32,000 nucleotides of DNA from positions 2,562,651-2,594,650 of the forward strand of contig CP113000.1 of NCBI GenBank assembly GCA_026625185.1. The letters run 5' to 3'. Each line of letters begins with the position of its first letter. The stretch's first letter is position 1. The notes under the pieces are model-generated. The model did no database searches. It saw only the letters and a program-made list of their open reading frames with translations, and was not told the origin of the DNA. Shown here piece by piece: positions 15,995 through 24,447 of this stretch. This DNA comes from Thermodesulfobacteriota bacterium. Lineage in GTDB: Bacteria > Desulfobacterota > WTBG01 > JAGOGO01. A program made the translations under genes and the position numbers.

Positions 15995-16942
15995 TTATTT
16001 GAAGTCTTTATTATATTCCATATCAAACCACATGGCAAAAAGAAGGGTCTGCATTCCTGAGATAAACAAAAACCAAAACAACAAATGGGAGGTTGGAGGA
16101 ACTACACCACTCGTATAGTAACCATAAAATGTCCGGCAGAGAAAGATAAAACTAAGGGGAAGGGTAGTAAAAGAGAGAGAATAAAAAAGAACCAGGGGGT
16201 GGAAGTCTTTGATCACGTATTTGATAAAAAGACGTTTAAAAAACCCGCGGAAAAGAAGTCGGCTTATCGTGGGAATTACTTTCCAGAGCCGAATACCTGA
16301 TTTTTCACCTATATTGTAAACCGGCCGAATGCTAACATCCCGTGCGCGGCAGTTTTCAATGTTTAGTTTTATAAGAATATCATTGGGTACACCGTATTTT
16401 TTATAGATATTGTCTAAATCAAGGAGGTTAAGAGCTTTAAGCGAAATAGCAGTATATCCGCATTGAGAATCGGCAATATGCCAATAACCGGAGGCAATTT
16501 TGGTGAGAAAGGAGAGAAGCGAGTTGCCTAAATATCTATAATGGGGGATCATGTCCCAGGATTCTCCTCGGAAAAGGCGGTTGCCCTTGCTGTAATCAAC
16601 TCCACTACTTACGACCGGGTCAATGATATCCGGAAGATCAAGAGGGTCCATTTGTGCGTCACCCGCCATAACTACGGTCACATCTATTTTTAGCTCTTTA
16701 GCTCGTTTATAACCGGTAATAATAGCTCCACCGACCCCCTGGTTTTTTTGGTGCGTTATTATTTCGAGATAAGAGTGGTGTTTTTTTTCATTATCTAAAA
16801 CCATAAGAGTATTGTCGGTGCTCGCATCATTGACAACAATGATGCGGTCAATAAAATCGGGCATAGTATCAATGACTCGGACGATTAACTTTTCTTCATT
16901 ATGCGCTGGAACTACTACTCCGATGGTTTTGCCTTTATACAT
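15995..16942 (-). CDS. GT2 glycosyltransferase with C-terminal TM helices (GtrB/ArnC/DPM1-like polyprenyl-phosphate sugar synthase candidate)
   Basis: IGVVVPAHNEEKLIVRVIDTMPDFIDRIIVVNDASTDNT, a DxD-type VVMAGDAQMDP, and two C-terminal hydrophobic helices. I moved the start to the ATG at 16942 (MYKGKTIG...), which has GAGGGA 8 nt upstream. The track TTG at 16975 has no SD. Confidence 0.75.
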   Translation of the reverse strand: MYKGKTIGVVVPAHNEEKLIVRVIDTMPDFIDRIIVVNDASTDNTLMVLDNEKKHHSYLEIITHQKNQGVGGAIITGYKRAKELKIDVTVVMAGDAQMDPLDLPDIIDPVVSSGVDYSKGNRLFRGESWDMIPHYRYLGNSLLSFLTKIASGYWHIADSQCGYTAISLKALNLLDLDNIYKKYGVPNDILIKLNIENCRARDVSIRPVYNIGEKSGIRLWKVIPTISRLLFRGFFKRLFIKYVIKDFHPLVLFYSLSFTTLPLSFIFLCRTFYGYYTSGVVPPTSHLLFWFLFISGMQTLLFAMWFDMEYNKDFK

Positions 16943-16979
16943 AAGATTTTCCCTCGCACTTTTCTGGTGATTCAACTTT

Positions 16980-17227
16980 AGTGAACGACATAATAAAAAG
17001 GCATTCTTTTTTTGCCATGCTATAATATATCGCTATTGTCATTCCGGGCTTGACCGAGCCTGCCCCTTACAGATACGGTGGAATTCAGGGGCAGGTGTAA
17101 GAAGTAACTCAGTTTCATTGCTTCATAAGCCACCCCTCTGGATTACCGCTTTCGCGGGAATGACGCTGAGGAAATTGGGGCGGAATAAGAGAATATCTTA
17201 AATATCAACTTATTTATGTCGTTCACT
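16980..17227. repeat. Nested-palindrome intergenic element (MITE/REP-like or structured RNA)
   Basis: The outer inverted repeat is a perfect 14 bp: AGTGAACGACATAA (16980-16993) / TTATGTCGTTCACT (17214-17227). The middle inverted repeat is GTCATTCC (17038-17045) / GGAATGAC (17157-17164). The inner hairpin is a perfect 9 bp, CCTGCCCCT (17059-17067) / AGGGGCAGG (17087-17095). ATTACC-GCTTTCGC-GGGAAT lies at 17142-17161. No ORF is present. Confidence 0.6.
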
Positions 17228-17244
17228 TTAATTTTTAGGTTAAA

Positions 17245-19218
17245 TTATTGCAAACAATAAAGGGATGACCCCCCTTGTTTAAATTCCAGATGAAGATATC
17301 TCTGGCAAAAAATTTTGTATAAAAGTAATTTTTCTTCCGGTAAGGATGAAGAAAAGTCTATGTGAAGCAAGGACCAGTTAATGAGTAAGTGAGTGATCCC
17401 CATACGGACAAACTCTTTTCTCACTTCTTCCGGTGTTAAGGACTTTTGCAGAATATTTTTTACTGTGGATCCTAAGTATCGTGAGTCAAAAAAATAGTCA
17501 CGGTCAAGATAATATCCGTCATTACCAAAGTTTCCCCCGTAAAGAAACATTATTCGGGAAGTTGGGGGAAGCTTATTGTTGGCGTATTCATATACTGGAT
17601 ATGCCGGTAAGTGTCGACACAAAAAGTCATGTCGTGATTCTTTTCCCACTAAAAAATTTATTGGATTTACGGAGGAAGTATATCGTAACGCCCAATATAA
17701 ATTCAACAAAAAAGCCAAACTCAGTGTGAGGGTAATAAAAAATTTTTTCCATTTTATCTCTAAAGTGCCCGCGGTAAAAGCGGTTATAATCCCTAGAAAG
17801 GGATAGATAGGCATAAGGTATCGGAGCCTTACCACAGAACTAGCCCAAAAAAACAAAAAATAAAGAAGGCTAAAATAAGCTATCCATTTTATTTCTGGAG
17901 TTTTTCTGAGTAAAAAAATAAAAAAGGGAAGAAAAAACAGAAATATTGGACTTATAACTCCATCCAGCTCATGGCGGGCTTTGGTTTTGGTCATAACCGA
18001 GATATTCCAGGGGAGCAAAATCTGATCTTTTAGGGTTTCTCCATAGAGCAGGTTTCTGCTTTCAAATGGGGAAAAGTTGGGTTGGTCAGGATAAGGATTC
18101 TTCCCTATCACGCTGCTTGCTAAAGGATAAACCGGGTTGCCGGCATACCAGAAGTTCTTAGCGAGCCAAAGGGAATTAACCAAAAACACGATGAGAAGAA
18201 AGATAATAATATTCTTTACTATAAATTTTAAGGGAGCTTTCTTTTGAACCAAGGTAAAAAGAATGCCGACCAGAAGAGAGAAAAGAACGATGAAACCATT
18301 ATACTTGCAACCAACTGCAAAGCCAGTCATAAGAGCACCTAAGTAAAACCATCTTTGAGTACGGGTTTGTAACCAATGAAATAGCGCTAAAATCCCACCC
18401 ACGGTGAAAAACGTCAGGCCCAAATCGGCATACGCAGCAGAAGATACCTGGCAGACTACCGGGAGCGAACCAAACAACAAAACTGCCAGAAGGCTCATGG
18501 GGCGCGTTGTTAGCTTTATTGCCAGTGTAAAGGTGAAAAACAAGGCGCCCAGATAAAAAAAGAAGTGGATTAATTGAGCGAGAATATCTGATGAAAGCAG
18601 AAGGGCTCCGGCATATAGCATTTCCAGGAGGGGCGGATAGAAGGAGGGTATGGAAAATGGTATGTTCACGATACCATGATGCCGGATATACCATTTGGGC
18701 ATGGCTAAGTGGTGAATGAGGGCATCGCGGTAAAAAGGGGGAGTCATGGTGTTTATCAAGGTAAGAGTTATAAAACCGAAGATAAGGGAAAAGATAAGGA
18801 CTTCCGACAGAGAGAGGGTAGGGTGCCATGTTTTAGCTCTGTTCAATAACATTCTCGCGTAAGCATAATTACTGGAAGCGACAAAGCAAAACCCAATGAG
18901 AAGTAGAACAAAAGTCCAGGGGTAAAACGCTTGTGTGAGACCTAAAACAAAAATAGAAATCGAGAGAGTTCCAAAACCTATTCCTGCAGAAAAAAGTATT
19001 TCGTCAAGCGGAGAGATATTTTTCAGATGAAATAATTTGATAATCCTGTTCCCCACAAGGATGCAAAGGATGACTACTATGAATCCCCACATGATTTCAT
19101 CGAGGACACAATTATCTTTAAAGCCAGGATAATGGAAATTTTTAAAGTAGGAAAAACAAATTAAAGAAGTCCAAACGATAAAAAGAGGAATAACTATTTT
19201 ATTGAGTCGGTTAACCAT
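17245..19218 (-). CDS. GT-C fold membrane glycosyltransferase, PMT_2/ArnT-like (polyprenyl-phosphate-sugar dependent)
   Basis: 657 aa with more than 12 hydrophobic helices. The loop motif PPFYRDALIHHLAMPKWY resembles the D..YH...PK loop of bacterial GT39/ArnT-like proteins as I recall them. The soluble C-terminal domain is about 130 aa. The family call was made by eye only. Confidence 0.55.
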   Translation of the reverse strand: MVNRLNKIVIPLFIVWTSLICFSYFKNFHYPGFKDNCVLDEIMWGFIVVILCILVGNRIIKLFHLKNISPLDEILFSAGIGFGTLSISIFVLGLTQAFYPWTFVLLLIGFCFVASSNYAYARMLLNRAKTWHPTLSLSEVLIFSLIFGFITLTLINTMTPPFYRDALIHHLAMPKWYIRHHGIVNIPFSIPSFYPPLLEMLYAGALLLSSDILAQLIHFFFYLGALFFTFTLAIKLTTRPMSLLAVLLFGSLPVVCQVSSAAYADLGLTFFTVGGILALFHWLQTRTQRWFYLGALMTGFAVGCKYNGFIVLFSLLVGILFTLVQKKAPLKFIVKNIIIFLLIVFLVNSLWLAKNFWYAGNPVYPLASSVIGKNPYPDQPNFSPFESRNLLYGETLKDQILLPWNISVMTKTKARHELDGVISPIFLFFLPFFIFLLRKTPEIKWIAYFSLLYFLFFWASSVVRLRYLMPIYPFLGIITAFTAGTLEIKWKKFFITLTLSLAFLLNLYWALRYTSSVNPINFLVGKESRHDFLCRHLPAYPVYEYANNKLPPTSRIMFLYGGNFGNDGYYLDRDYFFDSRYLGSTVKNILQKSLTPEEVRKEFVRMGITHLLINWSLLHIDFSSSLPEEKLLLYKIFCQRYLHLEFKQGGSSLYCLQ

Positions 19219-19256
19219 GGAAGTAAATAAAATTTTTTTGGGAAAATTACTAAGGG

Positions 19257-21374
19257 CTAATTGTTAATTTGGGACAATTTTTCTTTGGCGTTTTTCGCTA
19301 AAATACTTTCTGGATCAAGAATGATGGCTTTCTGCAGAGCTTCACGCGCTTCTTTCATTTTGCCGATTTTTGAAAAACAGATAGCCATATTATAATAAAT
19401 CTGAGGATTTTTTTTATTTTTTGCAAGATATTTTTGATAATAAAGAATACTTTGTTGATAGTTTTTAATATCGAGGTAGAGCTGTCCGAGGTTTTGGACT
19501 ATGGTAATCTCATCTGGGTCAATATCTAAGGCTTTTTTAAAATAGCCTTCAGCGGTCAAGACATTTCCGAGCGTCGCATAAACTGAGCCGAAGCCGTTAA
19601 GTACCAAGGCGTTATCAGGATCAAGATGATCAGCCATCTTGAGGTAAGATAACGCTAAAAATTGCTTCTTGTTATCCAAAAAATACTTCGAATAATTTAT
19701 TAAAATTAAAGTATAGTAAAACACCTCTTCGGGGTCCGAAATTTGAGCGAATCCAGCGGATTGATCATTAAAGAATTTTGTCATCTTCTCAAGGTGTGAA
19801 TTTATTTTTTCTTGGCTTATTGGTTGCGGGGAAGGGGTAAGGGAGAAAAGAAAACCGTCGGGTTGGATGTTCTGTTTTACCAAATAATTAAATGAGGCAG
19901 GATCCCAATAAAAAGCATTGGTTTTGATATTGGCGTTTATAATGGCTTCACCTATTTTTTGACCTTCAACCCGGGGAATTTTTATCAGGGGATATCTTTT
20001 TTGACTTACCTTATTAAAAACATCAGGGCTAATAATTTCACTCAGAAAAAGGTCGGTAATATCGGGGCGGTAATTCTCACATTGCTGTAAATAACCGATC
20101 CCAAAGTGATAAAAAGAACTTACTAACACGCCTTTGAATTCGATTTGATCAAGTAGGTATTGATGAAAATAAAAAGGGGTCCAGTACTCGGCGCGATTAT
20201 TGGTTTTTATGTGAATATAACCTAGAGAAACCAGATGAATACTCAACCCAGTTATCACAATGGTGGGGAGAAAAAAGGCAAGTTTGCCCCCAAAAGGAAT
20301 TTTTTGTAAAGCGAAAGTTTTTATTTTATGCAAAATAGCGTAAATCCCAAAGGCGATCCCGATAGTAAAGAAAATAAAGGTTGGGATATGTTGTGTGGAG
20401 GAGGACCAAAAGCGAATAAAGAAAAACCATTGGGTGAAAAATAACAGAGCAAGTCCGAGCATAAGAGGACGATTTTTTCGAAAAAAAACCGTAAGGCCGA
20501 ATAAACCGAGAAAAATGGTTAAGAGAGAAAATTCATCAAAGTAAGAGGAGCCATATTTTTTTAGGTTTTGGTAAAATTTTTCCTGAGAAAAAGAGAAATG
20601 GGTGGAGGAATCCTTGCGGTCAGTGACATGAACCATAAAGTTTTTTATGTTTTCTGGATTACCCCAATCATAGTAAGGATCAACGGATGACCTTACAGGG
20701 AGGTAAAGATAAATTGACGCGCCTAAGATGACAAACATTACTATAACGCCTAACTTTGAAGGAGAAAAAAACTTTCGATAAAATAACCATAGGAAAAAGC
20801 AAAGAGCCGGAATATAGAGGATCATTATGATATGGGCACCCGCACTCAACCCAAAGAGTAACGCGGTCACATAGAGTGAATTTTTTTCTCTGTTTCGTAA
20901 ACCACGGACCAGAAAAAGAGCAATCAAAGCGATGAAACAATTTTGGAGTGTATAAACTTCAGCCTGGATAGCATTACACCAAAGGGTATTAGAAACCGCA
21001 AGAAAAGACACCGCGATTGTTCCGCTCAAAAGCAATACATTTTTGTTTTGAGGAAAAAAGACACGCTCAAGGCATTCGGTTATTAAAAGGAAAGTAATAG
21101 CAACTAAAAAGGCAGCAAAAAAAACAGAGACCAAATTTACCTTGAACGCGATGCTGCCAAAAGGGAGGAAGGTAAAAATTTTGGACGTCAGGGCGTACAG
21201 AGGAGAGCCGGCAGGATGCGCAATCCCTAATTGGTAAGCCACTACCTGGAATTCACCGGCATCCCGCCAGTAAAGATTTGGGCAAATAGTCGAAATAAAA
21301 AGAATAAAAGAGAGAAAAAAAAGAGCAACCGAGATGGTAACTTTTCGGAAATAAAAGTTATTTTGAATCATCAA
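19257..21374 (-). CDS. DUF2723 (TMEM260-like) GT-C glycosyltransferase with C-terminal TPR repeats
   Basis: 705 aa. The N-terminal signature YWRDAGEFQVVAYQLGIAHPAGSPLYALTSKIF...GSIAFKVNL matches the DUF2723 hallmark (W.DSGE...LGI.HPPGYPLY). It has about 11 TM helices. The C-terminus holds at least 4 TPR-like units (YLKMADHLDPDNALVLNGFGSVYATLGN..., YYQKYLAKNKKNPQIYYNMAICFSKIGKMKEA...). Confidence 0.7.
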   Translation of the reverse strand: MMIQNNFYFRKVTISVALFFLSFILFISTICPNLYWRDAGEFQVVAYQLGIAHPAGSPLYALTSKIFTFLPFGSIAFKVNLVSVFFAAFLVAITFLLITECLERVFFPQNKNVLLLSGTIAVSFLAVSNTLWCNAIQAEVYTLQNCFIALIALFLVRGLRNREKNSLYVTALLFGLSAGAHIIMILYIPALCFFLWLFYRKFFSPSKLGVIVMFVILGASIYLYLPVRSSVDPYYDWGNPENIKNFMVHVTDRKDSSTHFSFSQEKFYQNLKKYGSSYFDEFSLLTIFLGLFGLTVFFRKNRPLMLGLALLFFTQWFFFIRFWSSSTQHIPTFIFFTIGIAFGIYAILHKIKTFALQKIPFGGKLAFFLPTIVITGLSIHLVSLGYIHIKTNNRAEYWTPFYFHQYLLDQIEFKGVLVSSFYHFGIGYLQQCENYRPDITDLFLSEIISPDVFNKVSQKRYPLIKIPRVEGQKIGEAIINANIKTNAFYWDPASFNYLVKQNIQPDGFLFSLTPSPQPISQEKINSHLEKMTKFFNDQSAGFAQISDPEEVFYYTLILINYSKYFLDNKKQFLALSYLKMADHLDPDNALVLNGFGSVYATLGNVLTAEGYFKKALDIDPDEITIVQNLGQLYLDIKNYQQSILYYQKYLAKNKKNPQIYYNMAICFSKIGKMKEAREALQKAIILDPESILAKNAKEKLSQINN

Positions 21375-21410
21375 GAAAAAAAATTTAGGAAAAAAGAAAA
21401 TTTAAACTTT

Positions 21411-21443
21411 ATAAAAAAAGAAGGCAGACGGTTGCCTGCCTTC
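21411..21443 (-). terminator. Rho-independent terminator downstream of pilA
   Basis: The minus strand reads GAAGGCAG-GCAACCGT-CTGCCTTC (perfect 8-bp GC-rich stem, plus coordinates 21420-21443) followed by TTTTTTTAT. It lies 35 nt after the pilin stop codon. Confidence 0.8.
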
Positions 21444-21477
21444 GCGGTTAAAAAATTTGTTGAACAAAAACTGATCA

Positions 21478-21867
21478 TTAACTAATGACGTCATTGACAG
21501 TATTAGAAAGGATTTTTTGATTGTCGATCGTCCAGTGGTCCATAGTACCATCATTATCAATTTGACCGTCCGCGCCCGCAGTAAAACTTGTTTGGGCGGG
21601 GGTGGCAAGATATGAGTAGCGAGTTTTGCCCTCTGGAGCCCACTCCAAACTTGTGAGTGCCCCATATGTATCGTTTTCTCCATAGTAAGCGGTTTCACTT
21701 ACATAAATAGCGCCCAAGTTTGTTTTCGCCTCAGATTGCTTGCTTTTTGCCTGATACCTGAGGAAGTTAGGGATCGCCAGCGCAGCCAGAATACCGATGA
21801 TGACCACAACAATCATAAGCTCAATCAGGGTAAAGCCTTTCGTTTTTTGTCTTAGTTTTAATAACAT
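21478..21867 (-). CDS. pilA: Type IVa major pilin (PilA-like), prepilin with N-terminal methylation motif
   Basis: Strong SD (GAAGGAGGTG). A basic leader [11 protein letters not shown] is followed by [40 protein letters not shown], which is nearly identical in pattern to Myxococcus xanthus PilA as I recall it. 129 aa. There is no cysteine anywhere in the translation. Confidence 0.85.
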   Translation of the reverse strand: MLLKLRQKTKGFTLIELMIVVVIIGILAALAIPNFLRYQAKSKQSEAKTNLGAIYVSETAYYGENDTYGALTSLEWAPEGKTRYSYLATPAQTSFTAGADGQIDNDGTMDHWTIDNQKILSNTVNDVIS

Positions 21868-21932
21868 GGTTTTTCACCTCCTTCTATTTTGTAATTAAAA
21901 ATCACTTAACTAAATTGTTTTACTAATGTGAC

Positions 21933-21947
21933 AGCAAATTGTGTACC
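21933..21947 (-). promoter_or_regulatory. Candidate sigma-54 (-24/-12) promoter of pilA
   Basis: The minus strand reads cGGTACAcaatTTGCTg. GG (plus 21946-21947) and GC (plus 21934-21935) have canonical spacing and TTGCT is intact. It lies about 65 nt upstream of the pilA ATG. pilA is sigma-54/PilR-dependent in Myxococcus, Geobacter and Pseudomonas. Confidence 0.45.
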
Positions 21948-22018
21948 GAAAATAAATAAAAAAAAATATAATAAAAACAAAATGATAATTTTTTATTAAT
22001 AAAGCCAAAAATTACCAC

Positions 22019-22054
22019 TGACAATTTAGGGAAAGACATGCCAAAAAATTGTCA
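22019..22054. promoter_or_regulatory. Perfect 9-bp inverted repeat, candidate enhancer-binding-protein UAS for pilA
   Basis: TGACAATTT (22019-22027), 18 nt, AAATTGTCA (22046-22054). It is centred about 90 bp upstream of the -24 element of the candidate pilA sigma-54 promoter. Confidence 0.35.
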
Positions 22055-22263
22055 CAAACTTGCATTTTTCTTCCCGACAAAAATAATTGAATCTAACTAT
22101 CATGTTATTGCAACTTATACCATAATAAGAACAATTTTAATTTTCTTATTTTGATATTTCATAACCATTACAAGAAAAGCTTTTTTTCTTTTCCAATCAG
22201 ACACGACCAGCAAAATGTGAACAGGGATAACGGTGGAATCTCTAGCCGGGTGGTGAGGGGTTG

Positions 22264-22272
22264 TGGTATAAT
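22264..22272 (+). promoter_or_regulatory. Extended -10 promoter (TGgTATAAT) placed for a (near-)leaderless GT4 mRNA
   Basis: TGGTATAAT at 22264-22272. The ATG of the GT4 ORF is at 22282, only 9 nt after the -10 hexamer, and there is no SD between them. Confidence 0.35.
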
Positions 22273-22281
22273 AAACAAGTT

Positions 22282-23436
22282 ATGAAAATACTCATGTTGA
22301 CCACGAGTTACCCGCGGAACAGTTCTGACCCAAGCGGCATCTTTATCAAACGGCTTGCTTGTGCTTTGGTACGAAGAGGGACAAAAATCACCGTCCTTGC
22401 TCCCGGGGATCCTTCAGCAAAACGGAGAGAATGGGAAAATGGCATAGAAATTGTGAGATTTTATTATGCGCCCAGTCCTCTTATGAAGATAGCTTATGGT
22501 GATGGGGGTGTTCCGGAAAACTTACGACGTTGGCCCTGGCTGATGCTGATTCTCCCATTTTTTTTTATTTCGTTAATTATAAATACTATAATTTATTCTC
22601 GAGACTGTGACGTTATCCACGTAAATTGGCTGCCCACCGCGTTTTTTGCTTTACCCGCAAAGATAATTCGAAAAAAAGCCTTGGTTGTTACTATCCGAGG
22701 AAGTGATTTTAAAAGGGGAGTAACAAGACTGGGTTATTTCATTTTAAGGAAGGCCGATGCAATTACAACTGTAAACCAGAGATGGGCAAAGGATATAAGG
22801 AACTTAATTGGCCCAAAAGTTTTTTATACCCCGGACGGAGTTGAAACCTCAGAGGAAATTATTGATCCTCGGAAGAGGTTTGGCATTAGTTCTGATAAAA
22901 TAATTGTTCTCTACGTTGGAGCACTCCGTTTGATAAAAGGTGCCGACATACTTGCCAAAATTGCTGATCTTACGATGAGAATGGATAGTTCGATTCAATT
23001 TTTGGTTATCGGACCTGGCGATCCAAAAAAATTTGGTTTCTACGGACTGCCAAATGTAATCTGCGCTGGAAGTCTTTCACCTCGTGAGGTTTTAGCCATT
23101 TTCCCGCAATGCGATATTTTCGTTTTTCCCACGAGACACGAAGGTAGAGGAATTGTTTTTCTTGAGGCAATGGCATCCGGTTTACCTTGTGTGACAACCG
23201 CACTTCCGGTAATTACTGAAATTTTAACTGAAGAAACCGGCATTGTTGTTCAGGTTGAGGATGTTAAAACCTTTGCGGAGAAAATCTGCTTACTATCCGC
23301 AGATCCAATAAAACGAAAGATTATGGGTGAAAAAGCCAAGCATAGAATTAAGGAACTCTCTCTTGATTGGGATACAAGCGCCACAAATTATCTTTCCATT
23401 TTTGAAAAGGTATTGGGGTCCGAATACAGTGGTTAA
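22282..23436 (+). CDS. GT4-family (GT-B fold) glycosyltransferase
   Basis: It starts MKILMLTTSYPR (the track's upstream TTG at 22261 was rejected). The C-terminal donor-binding region has the E-x7-E context: FVFPTRHEGRGIVFLEAMASGLPCVTT. Confidence 0.85.
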   Translation: MKILMLTTSYPRNSSDPSGIFIKRLACALVRRGTKITVLAPGDPSAKRREWENGIEIVRFYYAPSPLMKIAYGDGGVPENLRRWPWLMLILPFFFISLIINTIIYSRDCDVIHVNWLPTAFFALPAKIIRKKALVVTIRGSDFKRGVTRLGYFILRKADAITTVNQRWAKDIRNLIGPKVFYTPDGVETSEEIIDPRKRFGISSDKIIVLYVGALRLIKGADILAKIADLTMRMDSSIQFLVIGPGDPKKFGFYGLPNVICAGSLSPREVLAIFPQCDIFVFPTRHEGRGIVFLEAMASGLPCVTTALPVITEILTEETGIVVQVEDVKTFAEKICLLSADPIKRKIMGEKAKHRIKELSLDWDTSATNYLSIFEKVLGSEYSG

Positions 23437-23502
23437 ATATAAACAAAATAAGTTTTATTCGGTTTTAAACTATCTTATTGTTTTAAGCGAAATTCCTTAA
23501 AA

Positions 23503-24435
23503 ATGGTTAAAAAATTTTTTATCTTAACAATTAAGAGCATCCTTTTGCTTGTGGTTATTTGGTTTGTAGGAAGAGCCTTATATAATTCGATACTGCAGGT
23601 TAATTGGTCAATTTTAACGATTAAACCATTAAAGATTACATTGGGCGCTTTTATCCTGTTTTCTTCAAATATATTAGGGTCATGGATTCAGCGGACATTT
23701 TATCGAAAACTTGACTTTATTATTTCTTGGGCGCAAGGTTTTGTTCTCTATGGCGCCCCTCAACTCGCTAAATACCTCCCCGGAAAATTTTGGAGCATTA
23801 TTGGTTACAGTGGGATAGCAAAATGGTTTGACATCCCCGTTAAAGTGAGTTCCACAGCAATATTTATCCTTGGTGTATGGGGTTTGGTTGGCGCTTCTTT
23901 GCTTGGTGTGGTTTTGGTTTTAGCAAACCCTGCAATAATTATTGGACAGGAACTGCTTAATATTGGCGTCTTTTTGGCGATTGTGGCCCTTTTATTTATT
24001 TTTCTCCATCCGAGATTATATTTACGAGTTGTAAATGTAGTTTTGACTTTATTTAAACAAACGCCGATTTCGTTTAATTTTCCCTGGCGAACGATGATAG
24101 AGATAGTCGGCGGGTCTTTTATTTTAAATAGTTTGTATTTTTCGGGGCTGGCTTTCATTATTTTTTCGATAGTTGAATTGCCTGTTTCCGTTTTACCTAT
24201 TCTTGTCGGAATTTTTTGTTTAGCAAATGTAGTTGGCTTTCTGGCGCTTTTTGCCCCGGCAGGAATTGGTGTGCGTGAAGGAATTTTACTTTTGGTGTTG
24301 GGACCACTTGTGGGAGCAGGGATGGCAAGCGTTATTGCCATTCTTGCGCGTTTAATTCAAACCATTGCCGATGTTTTTTCTACGGTTATTGGGCTCATAA
24401 GTTCCTATTATGTTAAAAAAGATTATATATCTTAA
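23503..24435 (+). CDS. UPF0104 / lysylphosphatidylglycerol-synthase-TM-region ('flippase-like') membrane protein
   Basis: 310 aa with about 8 hydrophobic helices. It carries the family-typical motif FAPAGIGVREGILLLVL near the C-terminus. Confidence 0.6.
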   Translation: MVKKFFILTIKSILLLVVIWFVGRALYNSILQVNWSILTIKPLKITLGAFILFSSNILGSWIQRTFYRKLDFIISWAQGFVLYGAPQLAKYLPGKFWSIIGYSGIAKWFDIPVKVSSTAIFILGVWGLVGASLLGVVLVLANPAIIIGQELLNIGVFLAIVALLFIFLHPRLYLRVVNVVLTLFKQTPISFNFPWRTMIEIVGGSFILNSLYFSGLAFIIFSIVELPVSVLPILVGIFCLANVVGFLALFAPAGIGVREGILLLVLGPLVGAGMASVIAILARLIQTIADVFSTVIGLISSYYVKKDYIS

Positions 24436-24447
24436 GGAATATTGCTG

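Noticed and set aside
22050-22065. Plus-strand TGTCACaaacTTGCAT resembling a sigma-54 promoter for the GT4 gene
   Set aside because: The essential -24 GG is GT, and the GG-to-GC spacing is one nucleotide short. The sequence also overlaps the right arm of the 9-bp inverted repeat, which explains it better.
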